DNA of 64,000 nt from Takakia lepidozioides. Taxonomy: Eukaryota > Plantae > Bryophyta. The notes under the pieces are model-generated. The model was not told the origin of the DNA and made no database searches. It saw nothing but the letters and a program-made list of their open reading frames with translations. The position numbers and the translations under genes are program-made. Where the stretch lies: NCBI GenBank assembly GCA_030704615.1, contig CM060732.1, positions 69,998,001-70,062,000 on the forward strand, in the 5' to 3' direction. Shown piece by piece: positions 26,800 to 39,000 of this stretch; within the stretch, counting starts at the first letter, position 1; every line of letters begins with the position of its first letter.

Positions 26800-27290
26800 A
26801 TGTCGACTTTAAATCCAAACTGTTATTTTGTGTTCATAGTGGAAGATAAGTCGGCGCAGACTAATAGTTTTTTTTGTTTTTTTTTCCCTCCCATCGTTAA
26901 AGTCAGTGCCGACTTTAAATCCAAACTGTTATTTTGTGTTCATAGTGGAAAATAAGTCGGCACCGACTAATAGTTTTTTTTTGTTTTTTTTCCCTCCCAT
27001 CGTTAAAGTCGGTGCCGACTTTAAATCCAAACTGTTATTTTGTGTTCATAGTGGAAGATAAGTCGGCACCGACTAATAGTTTTTTTTTGTTTTTTTTCCC
27101 TCCCATCGTTAAAGTCGGTGCCGACTTTAAATCCAAACTGTTATTTTGTGTTCATAGTTGAAGATAAGTCGGCGCCGACTATTAGTTTTTTTATTTTCTT
27201 TTTCTTTTTTATTTCCCATTCTCTGATGAACTTAAACCCAAATTGATTTTTTGTGTTTATAGTTGAAGATAAGTCGACGCCGACTAATAG
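26800..27290. repeat. Array of AAGTCGG(C/T)(G/A)CCGACT palindromes, 106-bp unit with two palindromes
   Basis: Palindromes start at 26900, 26954 and 27006, continuing. An inverted copy lies at 30255-30605. Confidence 0.9.
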
Positions 27291-28690
27291 ATTCATTATT
27301 ATTATTACTATTTTCTTAAAACTATTTACCTCTCTAATGAACATGTATGAGTTCAAAGAACCAATATGTTTCCATGAAATAATTGCAATTCTCTTGGGCA
27401 CTTGTAGTTTTTAAGTTTGTCGTCGCGACAGAACGCATAAATGATTGTTAAATATGAAGTCGGTGCCAACTACCCACCGAGGGTGGGTCTATGCATGGAT
27501 TGCCAAGTAGTCTTCTTCGGACATTATGTACTTGGTAGTTGAATTCCATTGAGACCATATATGTTTCCCTATGCTGAACTATCCTAATTCTGCAAACCCC
27601 TTCACATTCTACAAACAAAGCTCACAAAGACAATGACCTGAAGCTGATCGAAATGACACGGAGTTGCATGAGTCGTAGTTATTTGCTACTTAATATGTAC
27701 TCTGCACCCTCCACGTAGGCATATCCTTCTTCGTGGTACTCTAGCAAACCAAGCTAAAAAGTCTTTCATTTAACTTCCTGTGATTACTCTCATTTACAGT
27801 ACCATCAATTTTTTATATCTCATGATATATCAGATCATTTTGTTTTTCAAAATGATTATGTAGACAAGGCACATACGCAACTCTTCAAATGCATCGCCGA
27901 CCTGCTTGGTGTAATGTCATGGTTTCATGAAGGAGTGAGCACACTATTTGGCTGAAGGGAACTTTGAATCATTTTTTCCCTCTAAATATGTTCTCGCGGG
28001 GGCTAATATAATCTACCTCGTCCAAATTGCACGTTGAGAAGGGTGCTTCAGCCCGGTGTGAAAGCCTCTAGTTGCGCATCATCATCACCACGAATGTTGG
28101 TTTCACAAAAGAAGGGTATACAAGGCAGCTTGGTGAAAGCAAGATTCTGGTTTGGAGTGTGCTTCCAAACGGGTTTTTGTAGATGGTTGGAGTACAAAAG
28201 TTAGCAACCATTGAGAAGCCTTCGAACATCCTTTTTGAAAATATTAAATATTGATTTCAGGGATATAGACGCGAGGTAGACCACAAAACGCAAGTGCGTC
28301 CTAGCAATTCCGAGTTAGATGATATATTGTCTACAAAAAATAATTTTATTTTGGGTCACATAACAGAAACTAATGCACTCTTTTGGATGGTTCATAACGT
28401 TATCTCTCAACCCGAGTGTGAGCCAACTCTGAAGTTTTGAAGTTCTGGAGATGTGGAGAATATGCTAGAAAGTAGCATTGTAGTTAGCAGATGTCCAAGA
28501 TTCTCTCTATAGAACTGAGCTGTGGGGGTGAGCTTGTGCTCTGAACCATGTCCATTGGACATGAGGCTTCGGAAGTTTTCTGATGGGTTTGTCCTGCCCT
28601 TTAGAAACAAACTCCTGGCCATGGATCAAAGAGGGCAGATAGTGTGCAGACAGTCTGTGTTTGATTTGAAGACGAGAACCAAGGGTTTGA

Positions 28691-29422
28691 ATGAGCAAAT
28701 TTGTCCAAAAGCATAAACGCATGTTGCTGGTCCTGAGTGTCAATGGACTTCTTTGCTACCGGCCACCTCCTACGGGAGGGGAGTTGTTTAAACATAGGTT
28801 CCACTTGGGGAAAGTTACAATTCATGTGCCCACAAGACCATTTGTGGTTCCAAGACCTGGAGTGTTGGAGTTTCTTAGACTTGCATTGACTCATTTTCGT
28901 ATTGCAATTTGGTCTTGCTCTGAGAGGGATACTGTATTGAAGATGTTGGAGTGTTTCGTTCCCCCGGAAATTATGAAAAAATTTCGCTTCATTTGGTTTG
29001 CCGAGCATTGCACAGATACAGCTGGACATATTAAGCCTGGAGTGAAATATCTTATTAAAGATATTAAGAGTATTCTCGTCAAATTTTTTGGAAAAGATTT
29101 TGCTAGGCAGGGGCAAATTCTCCTGGTCGATGATGACCCATCCAAGGCACTCTGAAACCCAGTGAATACTGGAGTCTTCCCAATCACATTCAATGAATCA
29201 AGCAATGATGAGGATTTGGTTGACCTCACTAAAGCATTGTGGCCTTTTCTCTCGGGCATGATTGGAGCCCCGTCCATTGTTGATTATGTCAGCAACAACT
29301 CCTACAAATCTTCCCGCCCACCGATAGATCAAAATCACGTCTATTGGTCTTGGTTTGGAAGATTTATTGATCCTTTTGTTTGGCATCCACCGCAAAAAGA
29401 ACCCGATTATCTCGGTATGTAG
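28691..29422 (+). pseudogene. FCP1/NIF-like HAD phosphatase domain
   Basis: LLVLSVNGLL...RPGVLEFL...FRIAIWS...ILLVDDDPSKAL*NP. Has an in-frame stop at 29153 and lacks the first catalytic Asp. Confidence 0.75.
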
Positions 29423-30254
29423 TTTAACATTACCGTATTTTGTGCCTAGTCGGCCATCATTGTTACTTGAACCTCCATTTATACTTTGACGTATGTTGAC
29501 TTCACATGACTTTTGTGAAATCAATGATGTTCTTTGGATTTTCTTTAACTATTCCCTGCTGTGCTGCTTCCGCACAGTAATATTCCAGTGTCAAGTTCAG
29601 AATCAAATTCGACAGGAGAAGAAAGAACGACAACGAAAGGCGGAGCGGAGGGACCGCGAGGCTTTACAGTCATCAAGGTCATCAAGTATAGCTACCAATG
29701 ACATTTCTGGTCATATGTTCAATCAATCTCCGACTGTATCCATTTCCTCGGGTGCGCATAGTTCCGCCATCAGTGGTAACCGACGGCGCTCTCGCACATA
29801 TGCCTTGAGTGTGAGCCGTTTGGGAAGCAACTTTGTATTATTGATTAATTAAACTATTGGCCTATTCATTAATCACATTCTTTATGTAACACAATCAATG
29901 TTCTGCAAGCTCTTGTGGGCCTGAATGTTCGTCAACGAAGTTTGAGATGAACCACGTGCGATCGCGTGGTTCTCTGATATCTCTCTTGTGGAGCTGGCAT
30001 GGAACAACAGTGTTATCAAATGTTATCAAAACAAGATGACTCCATTATCAGTGGAGGCTGAAACAGATGAGACTGGAGGCTGGAGGAGTTTATTGTATAC
30101 TCAATACACACCGAAGATGCTGTCACGTGGTCCAAAACGAATTGTGGAGGCATTCAAAAGTACTTCATAATATTTCAAGAAAAGGAACCGCTAGTGTCAA
30201 CCTTGTTATCTCCATTGACCACACTATCCACTTTATCAAAGTTCGATCCCATAC

Positions 30255-30373
30255 TAATGATGGGAGGGAAAAAAAACAAAAAAAACTATTAGTCGGCACC
30301 GACTTATATTCTACTTTGAACACAAAAAATCAGTTTGGGTTTAAAGTCGGCACCGACTTTAACCACGGGAGCC

Positions 30374-30404
<31 letters not shown>

Positions 30405-31198
30405 AAAAAACTATTGGTCGGCGCCGACTTATCCTCGATTATGAACTGGAAAAAATAGCTTGGGTCTAAAGTCGGCACCAACTTTTAACCAAAGGAGCAA
30501 AGACAAAAGAAAAAAGTAAAAAACTAGTAGTCGGCGCCGACTTATCCTCGATTATGAACACAAAAAACCTGCTTGGGTTTAAAGTCGGCACCGACTTTAA
30601 CGATGGGAAGTTTATACCCATGAGCATGAGCAAAAATATTCATGAGCAAAGATAAAAACAACATTATTTGGATGAAATTTAGTATTTGCTCTAGAATCTT
30701 GATTTAGTCGGCGCCGACTTATAGGTTTTTCTTTTTATTTTAAAGAAAAAAATGATTTTTTGTGTTCAAACTTGAATAAGTCAGCGCGATTTATGGTTTG
30801 TTTGTTTTTTTTTCGGTTTTTTTTTCTTCCATCATTAAAGTCGGTGCCGACTTTAAACCCACGCTGATTTTTTGTGTTCATAGTCGAAGATAAGTAGTTT
30901 TTTTTTTTTTTTTTTTTTTTTTCTCCCATCGTTAAAGTCGGTGCCGACTTTAAACCCGTAGTGATTTTTTCTTTTCATAGTCGAAGATAAGTCGGTGCCG
31001 ACTTATAGGTTTTTCTCTTTCTTTCTTTCTTTCTTTCCCTCCCTTTGATAAACTTTAACCCAAACTGATTTGTATAGTCCTAGTCGAATATAAGTCGGCA
31101 CAGACTTCTAATTTATTTAGTTTAATATTTTGTTTTTGCTTCTGATGAACTTAAACCCAAACTGATTTTTTGTGTTCATAATCGGAGATAAGTCGGCA
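30255..31198. repeat. Two oppositely oriented arrays of AAGTCGGCGCCGACTT-type palindromes (30255-30605 and 30705-31198)
   Basis: Same unit family as 26800-27290. Confidence 0.85.
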
Positions 31199-31683
31199 CA
31201 TTGTTGGTCTGGTATGAGGTTTAGGACATACCAGACTGGTCCTGCTACCAGCCCCGTCACAAAACTTTTATACCAGTCTGCTCTATATAATGGTGGATGT
31301 ATTTTTTCCAGATATTGGTATGAGTATGAGTATCATGACCACAATACCAACTGGTATGAGATATCAATTCTGGTATCATTCCAAAGCCATTTGACTTACA
31401 TGTTTATCAAATATCAAGTGAAAACAAATATAATAAACATAAAATAAATATAAATAAGTACATGTATGTACACATAAACTAGTATAGTACATATACCAGA
31501 ATAAATGAGGAAGACGACCGGGGGTACTCCAGTATTGTAGCTGGTATGAGAAAACGGATACTAGCATGGTCTGGTATATGACCTGGTATTGTAGAACTTA
31601 AGACCAGGCTGGTGTGGTCCCTGATACCAGGGTTGATACCAGCGTTAATACTCGGGTCTGATACCCATACCAGACCAACACTG
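31199..31683. mobile_element. Non-autonomous hAT-like MITE inserted into an array palindrome
   Basis: TIR CA(T/G)TGTTGGTCTGGTATG at both ends with flanks GTCGGCA/GTCAGCA. Internal ATACCAG motifs. Confidence 0.65.
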
Positions 31684-31949
31684 GTCAGCACCGACTTATA
31701 ATTTGCTTATTTCAATAAGTCTAAGATTAATAATGTGTCCACTATCAGCTATGTAGTTGGTTCTGAGTCTAGAATTGCAGCGACAAACTTGCATTTCTGG
31801 TAGTATCCTCAAGCAGTCCGCTAGTCCACAACTCATAATAGAACTAGGTATGATTTTTATTTGTGTTAGTCAAATACATTGCCTCCATAGGCCACTGATC
31901 TACGTCATCATGGACACTGAGCTTCTTTGTCTGGCCTATCTATATGGTC

Positions 31950-32531
31950 TCAGATCCGACGTCGGCAGAGAGGGCATGACCCGTTGAGCTGCACCCATGT
32001 GTCAAAGTATGGAGTGTGGAATGAATGGAAGCACTCACTCAGTATGCATACGGACTCTCCAACTACTGGTGTCTCCAGGCAAATTGTGCATGGTTCCAAT
32101 GCCCTTGTTTCCGCCGGCACAACAGACTCCGGAGCCGACTCTTCAACGATGTCCATGGAAATACCAATCCAGTGCAAATCCTCCTCCTCATTAACCTCCA
32201 TCTTCTCATCGTCACCTCCTTCCTCATCCTCTATCCCCACGTTTTCATCAGCGTCTGAATCCTCTAAATCAGTGCTACATTCCTTTTCAGCTGGAGCGTT
32301 CTCATTTTGCGACTGCATAAGCAACAAGGCCTCATATTCATGCCTGGCAACGCACTCGGCGATATCGTCGAGATAAGGAGTCCACCACGATTCGGAAGCA
32401 GGCATGTCCTCCCCGTCGCCCTCCACAGCTGGCTGCTGCTGCTTGCATCCACATTGGGCAGCAGGCCTGTCCTCCCCGTCGCCCTCCATAGCACGGCTGC
32501 TGCCGCCTACATCCACATTGGCAGCATCCAT
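31950..32531 (-). CDS. Acidic protein with a C-terminal RING-H2-like finger (possibly pseudogene)
   Basis: CTICLE...CFHSFHTPYFDTW...SCPLCR, where one ligand Cys appears as Tyr. The 5' part is tandemly duplicated (~250 bp, 32340-32840). Confidence 0.65.
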   Translation of the reverse strand: MDAANVDVGGSSRAMEGDGEDRPAAQCGCKQQQPAVEGDGEDMPASESWWTPYLDDIAECVARHEYEALLLMQSQNENAPAEKECSTDLEDSDADENVGIEDEEGGDDEKMEVNEEEDLHWIGISMDIVEESAPESVVPAETRALEPCTICLETPVVGESVCILSECFHSFHTPYFDTWVQLNGSCPLCRRRI

Positions 32532-34287
32532 CTTAGCTAAATAGACAAAATGACTAACAACAAACTTGATTTTGAGCTGTCAACATTGTGCCTGGCAACA
32601 CATTCGGCGATATCGTTGAGATAAGGAATCCACCACGATTCGGAAGCAGGCATGTCCTCCCCGTCGCCCTCCACAGCACGGCTGCTGCTGCTTGCATCCA
32701 CATTGGCAGCAGGCCTGTCCTCCCCGTCTCCCTCCATAGCACGGCTGCTGCCGCCTGCATCCACATTGGCAACGTCCATCTTAGCTAAATAGACAAAATG
32801 ACTAACAACAAACTTGATTTTGAGCTGTCAACATTGTGCCTGTAATCGTTGCAGACTTCCCTTAACCAGCCAGCGCATAATCGGGGCCGTGAATGACAGA
32901 ACCTAGCCGGCCCAAAACACCAGGAATCGTTGTCTTTCAGATCTTACTTGTGTTCAAAATATATATATTTTTAATTAAAAACGGTCATATTCCCGCGGTC
33001 CTATTCCCGCGGCCTTGTTATCCTCCTATGTCTGTAATCGTTGCCGACTAGTTGCCGAACCTGTTTTTTCCGAACCGAGGGCAAACTTCTAGGTCACATT
33101 ATGATGCAGCGCCTCGCACTTTTTGACATGAAAAACAGTCAAAAATTAGGTCGGGAAGGGCTAAATTCCAAGAATATTCCCTAAAATTGCTCTGCTCATG
33201 CTTATATGTGCTCATGCTCATGCTCACCGCTCATGCAAAGTACAAACCCGTTGGGGATGTGCAAATATATTTGTCGGTCTTGTCGGTGCGCTGACCTCAG
33301 TCGGTGAAAGAGTGAACTCGTGCAATAACGTTCTCTCTGACGGTTGACAATGGAATGCGGTTCCTTGATTTCTGCACATCCTGAATCGAATTCAAACGGA
33401 AAAAAAAGATTACCTTGGAATACAACCCCACAGAAGTTGCCACGCTTCACATGAAGGTCATACGTTGCAGCTTTTCTGGCCTGGAGTAAAGAAAGAAAAT
33501 CAAAGGATGAGCAGATACACGATAACAATAAAATGCAATGAGGAAATAGAAATAAATCACCTGACTTCTCAGCAGCTGGGGTGTCCAGCCCTCGTGATTC
33601 GGTGACTCGCTTGGAATTACGACATGATGAGGAGGTAATTCAGTGACCGTAGCATCGAATGGAACCTGTAGTTCAGAAGAGACAAGTAGAGGCCCCATGT
33701 TGGTGTTTGCGGAAAACTGATGGGAAGAGGAGGGCTCCAAAGAGGATTCCTCAAGAACATGTGAGTCCCTTTCCTCTATGCATCCAACCCCAGTGAAATC
33801 ATCGACCCTGCTAACGGTGGAGGCACTATTTGACATATTGAGCCTCGAAACAATATCGGAGACACTCAAGGGATCTCGCTCGATGAGAGCAATTGATGCC
33901 TGAGTAGACAACAAATTGTCCTGGCTCCTTTGAAAGCTTCTGGTCTGATCATGTCTAAATCGTCAACAATATCAGACGAACATGTTTTGGCGAGTGGAGC
34001 TGCATTTGTGGCGTGGAGAACATATGGATGTGGGGATACCTGCAAGTAAAATATATATCAACAATGTCATGATATTGATTTGGAACATCACATGACTATG
34101 CGAGGTTACCAAAAAGAAAACGACAGACATAACAAACATCGAAACTTTTGATTACAGACTGTTGCTTATCGAGTGGCAAGATAACAATTTCCACGAAATG
34201 CAGAAGAATGTCAGAAGAAGACCGAAATCCAAGGTCTTGACATTCAATATTAAATAATAAATTGAGTCCATAGTAGGTCACGAATAT

Positions 34288-34975
34288 TTACTTATCATTT
34301 ACTCGGAAATCATGATATTGTGAATTGTCAATATAGTCAAGAAGAGGCCTGAATTGTGGATCCTTAACTTTGAAGGGTGGAAATCCTATCCTCCTTGCTT
34401 TCAAAAAGCTCGAAACGTTCTCAAATTTCAAGAAGCCAAGCAAAAAATCCCTCAGTTTGCGATGGAAGAAATCATCGATGTTCTCAAAAGACTTGAGAAG
34501 AAGACATGATTCAGGAGGGTTCAGCAAGCACTTCAAAGCCGTATCATCAATCAGCAGAGTGTTACTCTGATTGTAATAACCGTCATAACTCTGCCAAACT
34601 TTTATGAGTGGTTTCAGGAACATGGGAGGTTGTTCTTGTCCCGGTCGGTAATTTGGGTGCAGATTGCTTGGGCAAATGATACAATCTTCCTGCGACATGA
34701 TGAACTTTGGCCGTGGAAGACTACGTAGGAGCAAATCCAGAACGACATTTAAATTCTTAAGCATCATGAAGCTCCAGATACTTAAAATGAAATGCTTGTG
34801 TAACTCTTGCCAAACTTCTCGGTACATCTCCTGTCAATAGATTTGCCGATACCCAACAATAGCAGGAATTTTGTAATCAGGATCTGAAAATCGTGGAGCA
34901 GGGCCTGTATTCTGGTGCTTCACAATTTTGCACAGCACTCCATTCATGTCAAAAATGATCAAGCGGGGCCCTCTC
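34288..34975 (-). pseudogene. FCP1/NIF-like HAD phosphatase domain (second copy)
   Basis: LIIFDMNGVLCK (~34930-34965), then FILSIWS...SQEDC...FLKPL...NTLLIDDTALKCLLNP. Confidence 0.75.
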
Positions 34976-35310
34976 GCAGGTGGAGATCCAGTCTGTCGGA
35001 TCTATGAAGGAGTGATAAAGACACTTAAATAAATGAAAGCACAATAGAAAAGAGACGAGAAACATCCCACGTACACATAAGGAACTGATTGACCTCCCAC
35101 TCTCGGTTCATTCTTAAAATTTAGTCACTTTTGTATTCCAAGTTCGGAGGCACGGGCCTCTAGGTACTTTAGATGTTCACCCCATTCCTGCTTGTTCCTA
35201 GGCCATGGAAAGTCCCAGTGTTTAATGAATTTAACTGCTGGATCCTGATAGAAGATATCCTTAGGGATATCAAAAGGATTATGCTCATTGAAGGCCCAAG
35301 TGTACATTTT

Positions 35311-35826
35311 TTAATGCCTCAACTTGTCTAGGTGGGGCTTCAGATGACCCATTAAAAAATCATCCTTGTATGGATCTATAAGTGCTTCGTATTTAGGGAG
35401 GAAGATGACCAGACTCAGAGGATTGAGATAAGACTTGTACATGTTTCCTACGACGTATATAAGCAGGGTATTAGACCTGTAGGCTTTAGAGTCCGGGTCA
35501 ACGAACAAGTCGTAAAGTCGTTTGAAGTAAATGGGTGACTTAGGAACCATAGGCCGATACTGGTTGAACGTAAGTCTATGTTCCACACATTGATCGCAAC
35601 TATAATGTAGGACCTTGTGGGCGTTCCTCGCAAACAAGGCTGATTTCAAATCCATGATAGTCTCTTCTTTGCCAGTGTTCCATACAATGACGAAGAACTT
35701 CTTCACGATCAACAAGTGGTTTCGGAAGTCATTTAATTTTTCACTCCATCCATTTTGTAGCACCAACACAGGACACATGTCCATGCTGAGAGTGTCGCCA
35801 CGTGTCGACATAATATCCAATATCAT
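35311..35826 (-). pseudogene. Divergent FCP1/NIF-like domain (third copy), 5' end cut by the MULE insertion
   Basis: IVWNTG...SCDQC...YFKRL...SNTLLI...YKSYLNP parallels the other two copies. Confidence 0.55.
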
Positions 35827-36070
35827 CCACGGACGGGGGCTGCTATTTCATGAGCGGCATGAGCATGAGCGGCATGAGCATGAGCGGAAAAAAAAAAAGC
35901 ATGAGCAGACCATTGTGAGTCCACGGAAATAGGGTTAGGAGGCACGGAAATAGGGTCATGTGAAGTTGGAATGTGGCACCAGTGGACTTAAAATGCAACA
36001 TTTTATTGCAAATTTTGTGGCAAGCCACGTCTATACAAGTGTGTTCTAACTGTCATAGCCGGAATGGGCA

Positions 36071-39000
36071 CTACTCTCCTACACCCTCCGAGGAACTTGC
36101 CCCACCTTCTTCCTCATCCCCCTCATCCCCCTCATCCTCCGAGCTCTGTGATGCATCAGTTCCACTATGCCTCTCAAAAATCCCGTCCTCTCCTTGGGGG
36201 ACTGTCCACCTCACCTCCTGGGAATCTTCTGCGTCTTCTCCCCCACTTTCCTCAGCAGAATCCAACACAAATCTACGAGCCCGACGGGCTCTAATAGCTG
36301 CTGCCTCCTCCCTCATCTTCATTTTCTTGAGGCTTGCCTCGTCTAAAATCTGCTGTACACGACTACGTTCGGAACACCTCCTAATGGACACCGAAGCAAG
36401 CCGGGCAGCATAAGTAGGCAGGATGTACTCCCTTTCTGGACTAGGCATGAAATCTCCCCTGGCAAAAAAAGGCACGTTCCTCCTGCCCATGAACTCCGGT
36501 GTAGACGTCCCTCCGGCAGTACTTGGCATCCTACAGTAAGAACAAATCCACTTGAAGAATGTCAATACCAGCACAACCAGAAAGGGTTTTCAATGAAATA
36601 AGAGAGCGGAGGGAGGTGCCTCACAAAATCTGGAGGCAACTTACAATGCCACCACTCACTCGTAAACCGGGGGCTCCTCGGCCTCGATCCCAACTTCCTC
36701 CCCCTGCTCCTTCTCGGATTTTTCCTCATCCTCCGAGGATGCCTCTTCCTCTTTCGGCAGACGTTCAGCCGCTGCAAGTTCCGAGTTGTGGAGGGCAGTA
36801 TCTGGCTCGAAGGCGAACACATGCCTGTCGGACAACGTCCCTGCCCACATTGAAGCACCTGAGGAACAAAGCGGGCGGTTAATAGCTTGCGGCATGCAAT
36901 TGCAATGGGGCTAGGGGACAAACTGAGCACGTGAAGGCTTACCCGTGCCGCATGTGAGGTCCAGAATCCGCCCTTGGACATCCGAGCACGTCTCCATGAG
37001 GGTTTGGATGAAAGCAGGGCTTCGGGTCCGGCTGTACCGCCACGGTTTGCCTGTCTTTGTGTCCTTCGGCATACTAGAGTGGGGCACATAGTTGTAGAGG
37101 ACATCGTAGGTTACAGGGTCCACAGCGGCATCAACAAGACGACCGTCGTTGCGGAATTTGAACGTAGACCCTCTCTTCACAAAGCAATATGCCTCAAACA
37201 CCAATGTCTGCACATCCAACAAAGAAGGGATCAATTCCAGGGTCTACTTAACATACACCACAATATGAAGTGAATGCAATAGATTGATAACTTACACTTT
37301 GGCCCTCTGTTCGCAACCCCTGCGTACTGATGCAGAACCATTTTCTGAGGAGGACCGGGGTGACACTTTTCGGTGTCCACCTTGCCACCGCATTTTCTGT
37401 GGTCTTCCCTCTCGTGGCAAGGACAACCACACATCCACCGTCATCCAGAAGCATCCCCGCCAGCCCAAACCCGGCTTTCCAGTAGTCCTCAGTAAACCTG
37501 TTCCAGGTGGGCACACCATCCAGGCCCTCCAGCAGCTCCCCATCTGGAATGTCGAGGAGAATCATGTCGCAAGCTCTCTCCACCTCAACCCCCCCCCGAG
37601 TGCTCTTGCAATTCGTGCTCACAGCCGTGAAGAATTCCATCATGGCTTCAAAACCAGGGGTGTCTTTAGGCTCTGTACCGGCAGCCCTCTTCTTGGCTTT
37701 TCCCTTCTGCTCCGCCAGAGACTTGTTGTGTGCCACCTTCTTCGCCCTGGCAGCGAGAGCGTCAAGGAAGCTCTCATTGACGCATTGGATGATGGTTGGA
37801 GGTTCTAGCTTTGGCCTGTGCGTAAACGTCACCGCCGAATACCGCCGTGTAGGCTCGCCCTCAAATGCCAACTTCTTGGCAGAGCCAGTCCCACTCCGAA
37901 CTGACTTGGGAACCCGGACGACCGGTGACTGGGTAGGAGCAACAGCAGTCGCAGGACCTTGAACAAAATCGGCGTCGGAGTCACTCTCTTGGGTCCCCTC
38001 CTGCGCCTCCTCCGATGCCCCGATGGTTTTCTTCTTTTTGGGTGTTACTGCAGTCACCTGTTTCCTTGTCCTTTTCCTTTGACCTTTACTCTTCTCATGC
38101 AATTTCTCTTGAATTCCTGCCTGAGCAAGCTCTGCCGCTTTCCTGGAGTTCGCAAGCGCTTTTGCCTCTTTTGCACCCAACGGAGGCAGCGGAGCCCGGT
38201 TTCGTCGGAATTCAGCATCCAGCTTCAATTGAAACTCGGATGGGTCGAGCGAGCCGGGCGGAAGGTCCACATACCAAGGGCAATCACGCAAATGTTCCAG
38301 ATGCCACTCCTTCACAATATCGTCAGTGTACATGGAGTCAGCCCCAGGGTTCCTCCATGCCAGGAAGAATGGTGGCTCGAAAGACAGATGACCTTTCTCC
38401 AAAAGCGAGAACTTACAGTACCTGCATTCATGAAAAACCCAATGAGGTCCGAAAATGGCTAACTCCCTGAACGGCAATAGGGCCTACAACTGGAATATGG
38501 CGTCGAATTTCCACTTCAGGGCCACCCAGTGTAGGGACTTAGCCCGAAAATGGCTAAGTCCCTGGACGGCAATACGGCCTGGAACTGGAAAACGGCGCCG
38601 AATTTCCACTTCCGGGCCAGCCACCCTAGGGACTTACACAAAAAATGGCTAAGTCCCTGGACGGCAATAGGGCCTAGAACTGGAATACGGCGCCGAATTT
38701 CCAGTTCCGGGCCAGCCACCCTAGGGACTTAGACCGAAAATGGCTAAGTCCCTGGACGGCAATAGGGCCTGGAACTGGAATATGGCGCCGAATTTCCACT
38801 TCAGGGCCAGCCAGTCTAGGGACTTGGCCCGAAAATGGCTAAGTCCCTGGACGGCAATAGGGCCTAGAACTGGAATACGGCGCCGAATTTCCAGTTCCGG
38901 GCCAGCCACCCTAGGGACTTAGACCTAAAATGGCTAAGTCCCTGGACGGCAATAGGGCCTGGAACTGGAATATGGCGCCGAATTTCCACTTCATGGCCAG

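Noticed and set aside
27450-28690. Possible additional cargo gene upstream of the first FCP1-like ORF
   Set aside because: Too degraded to support any domain call by eye.
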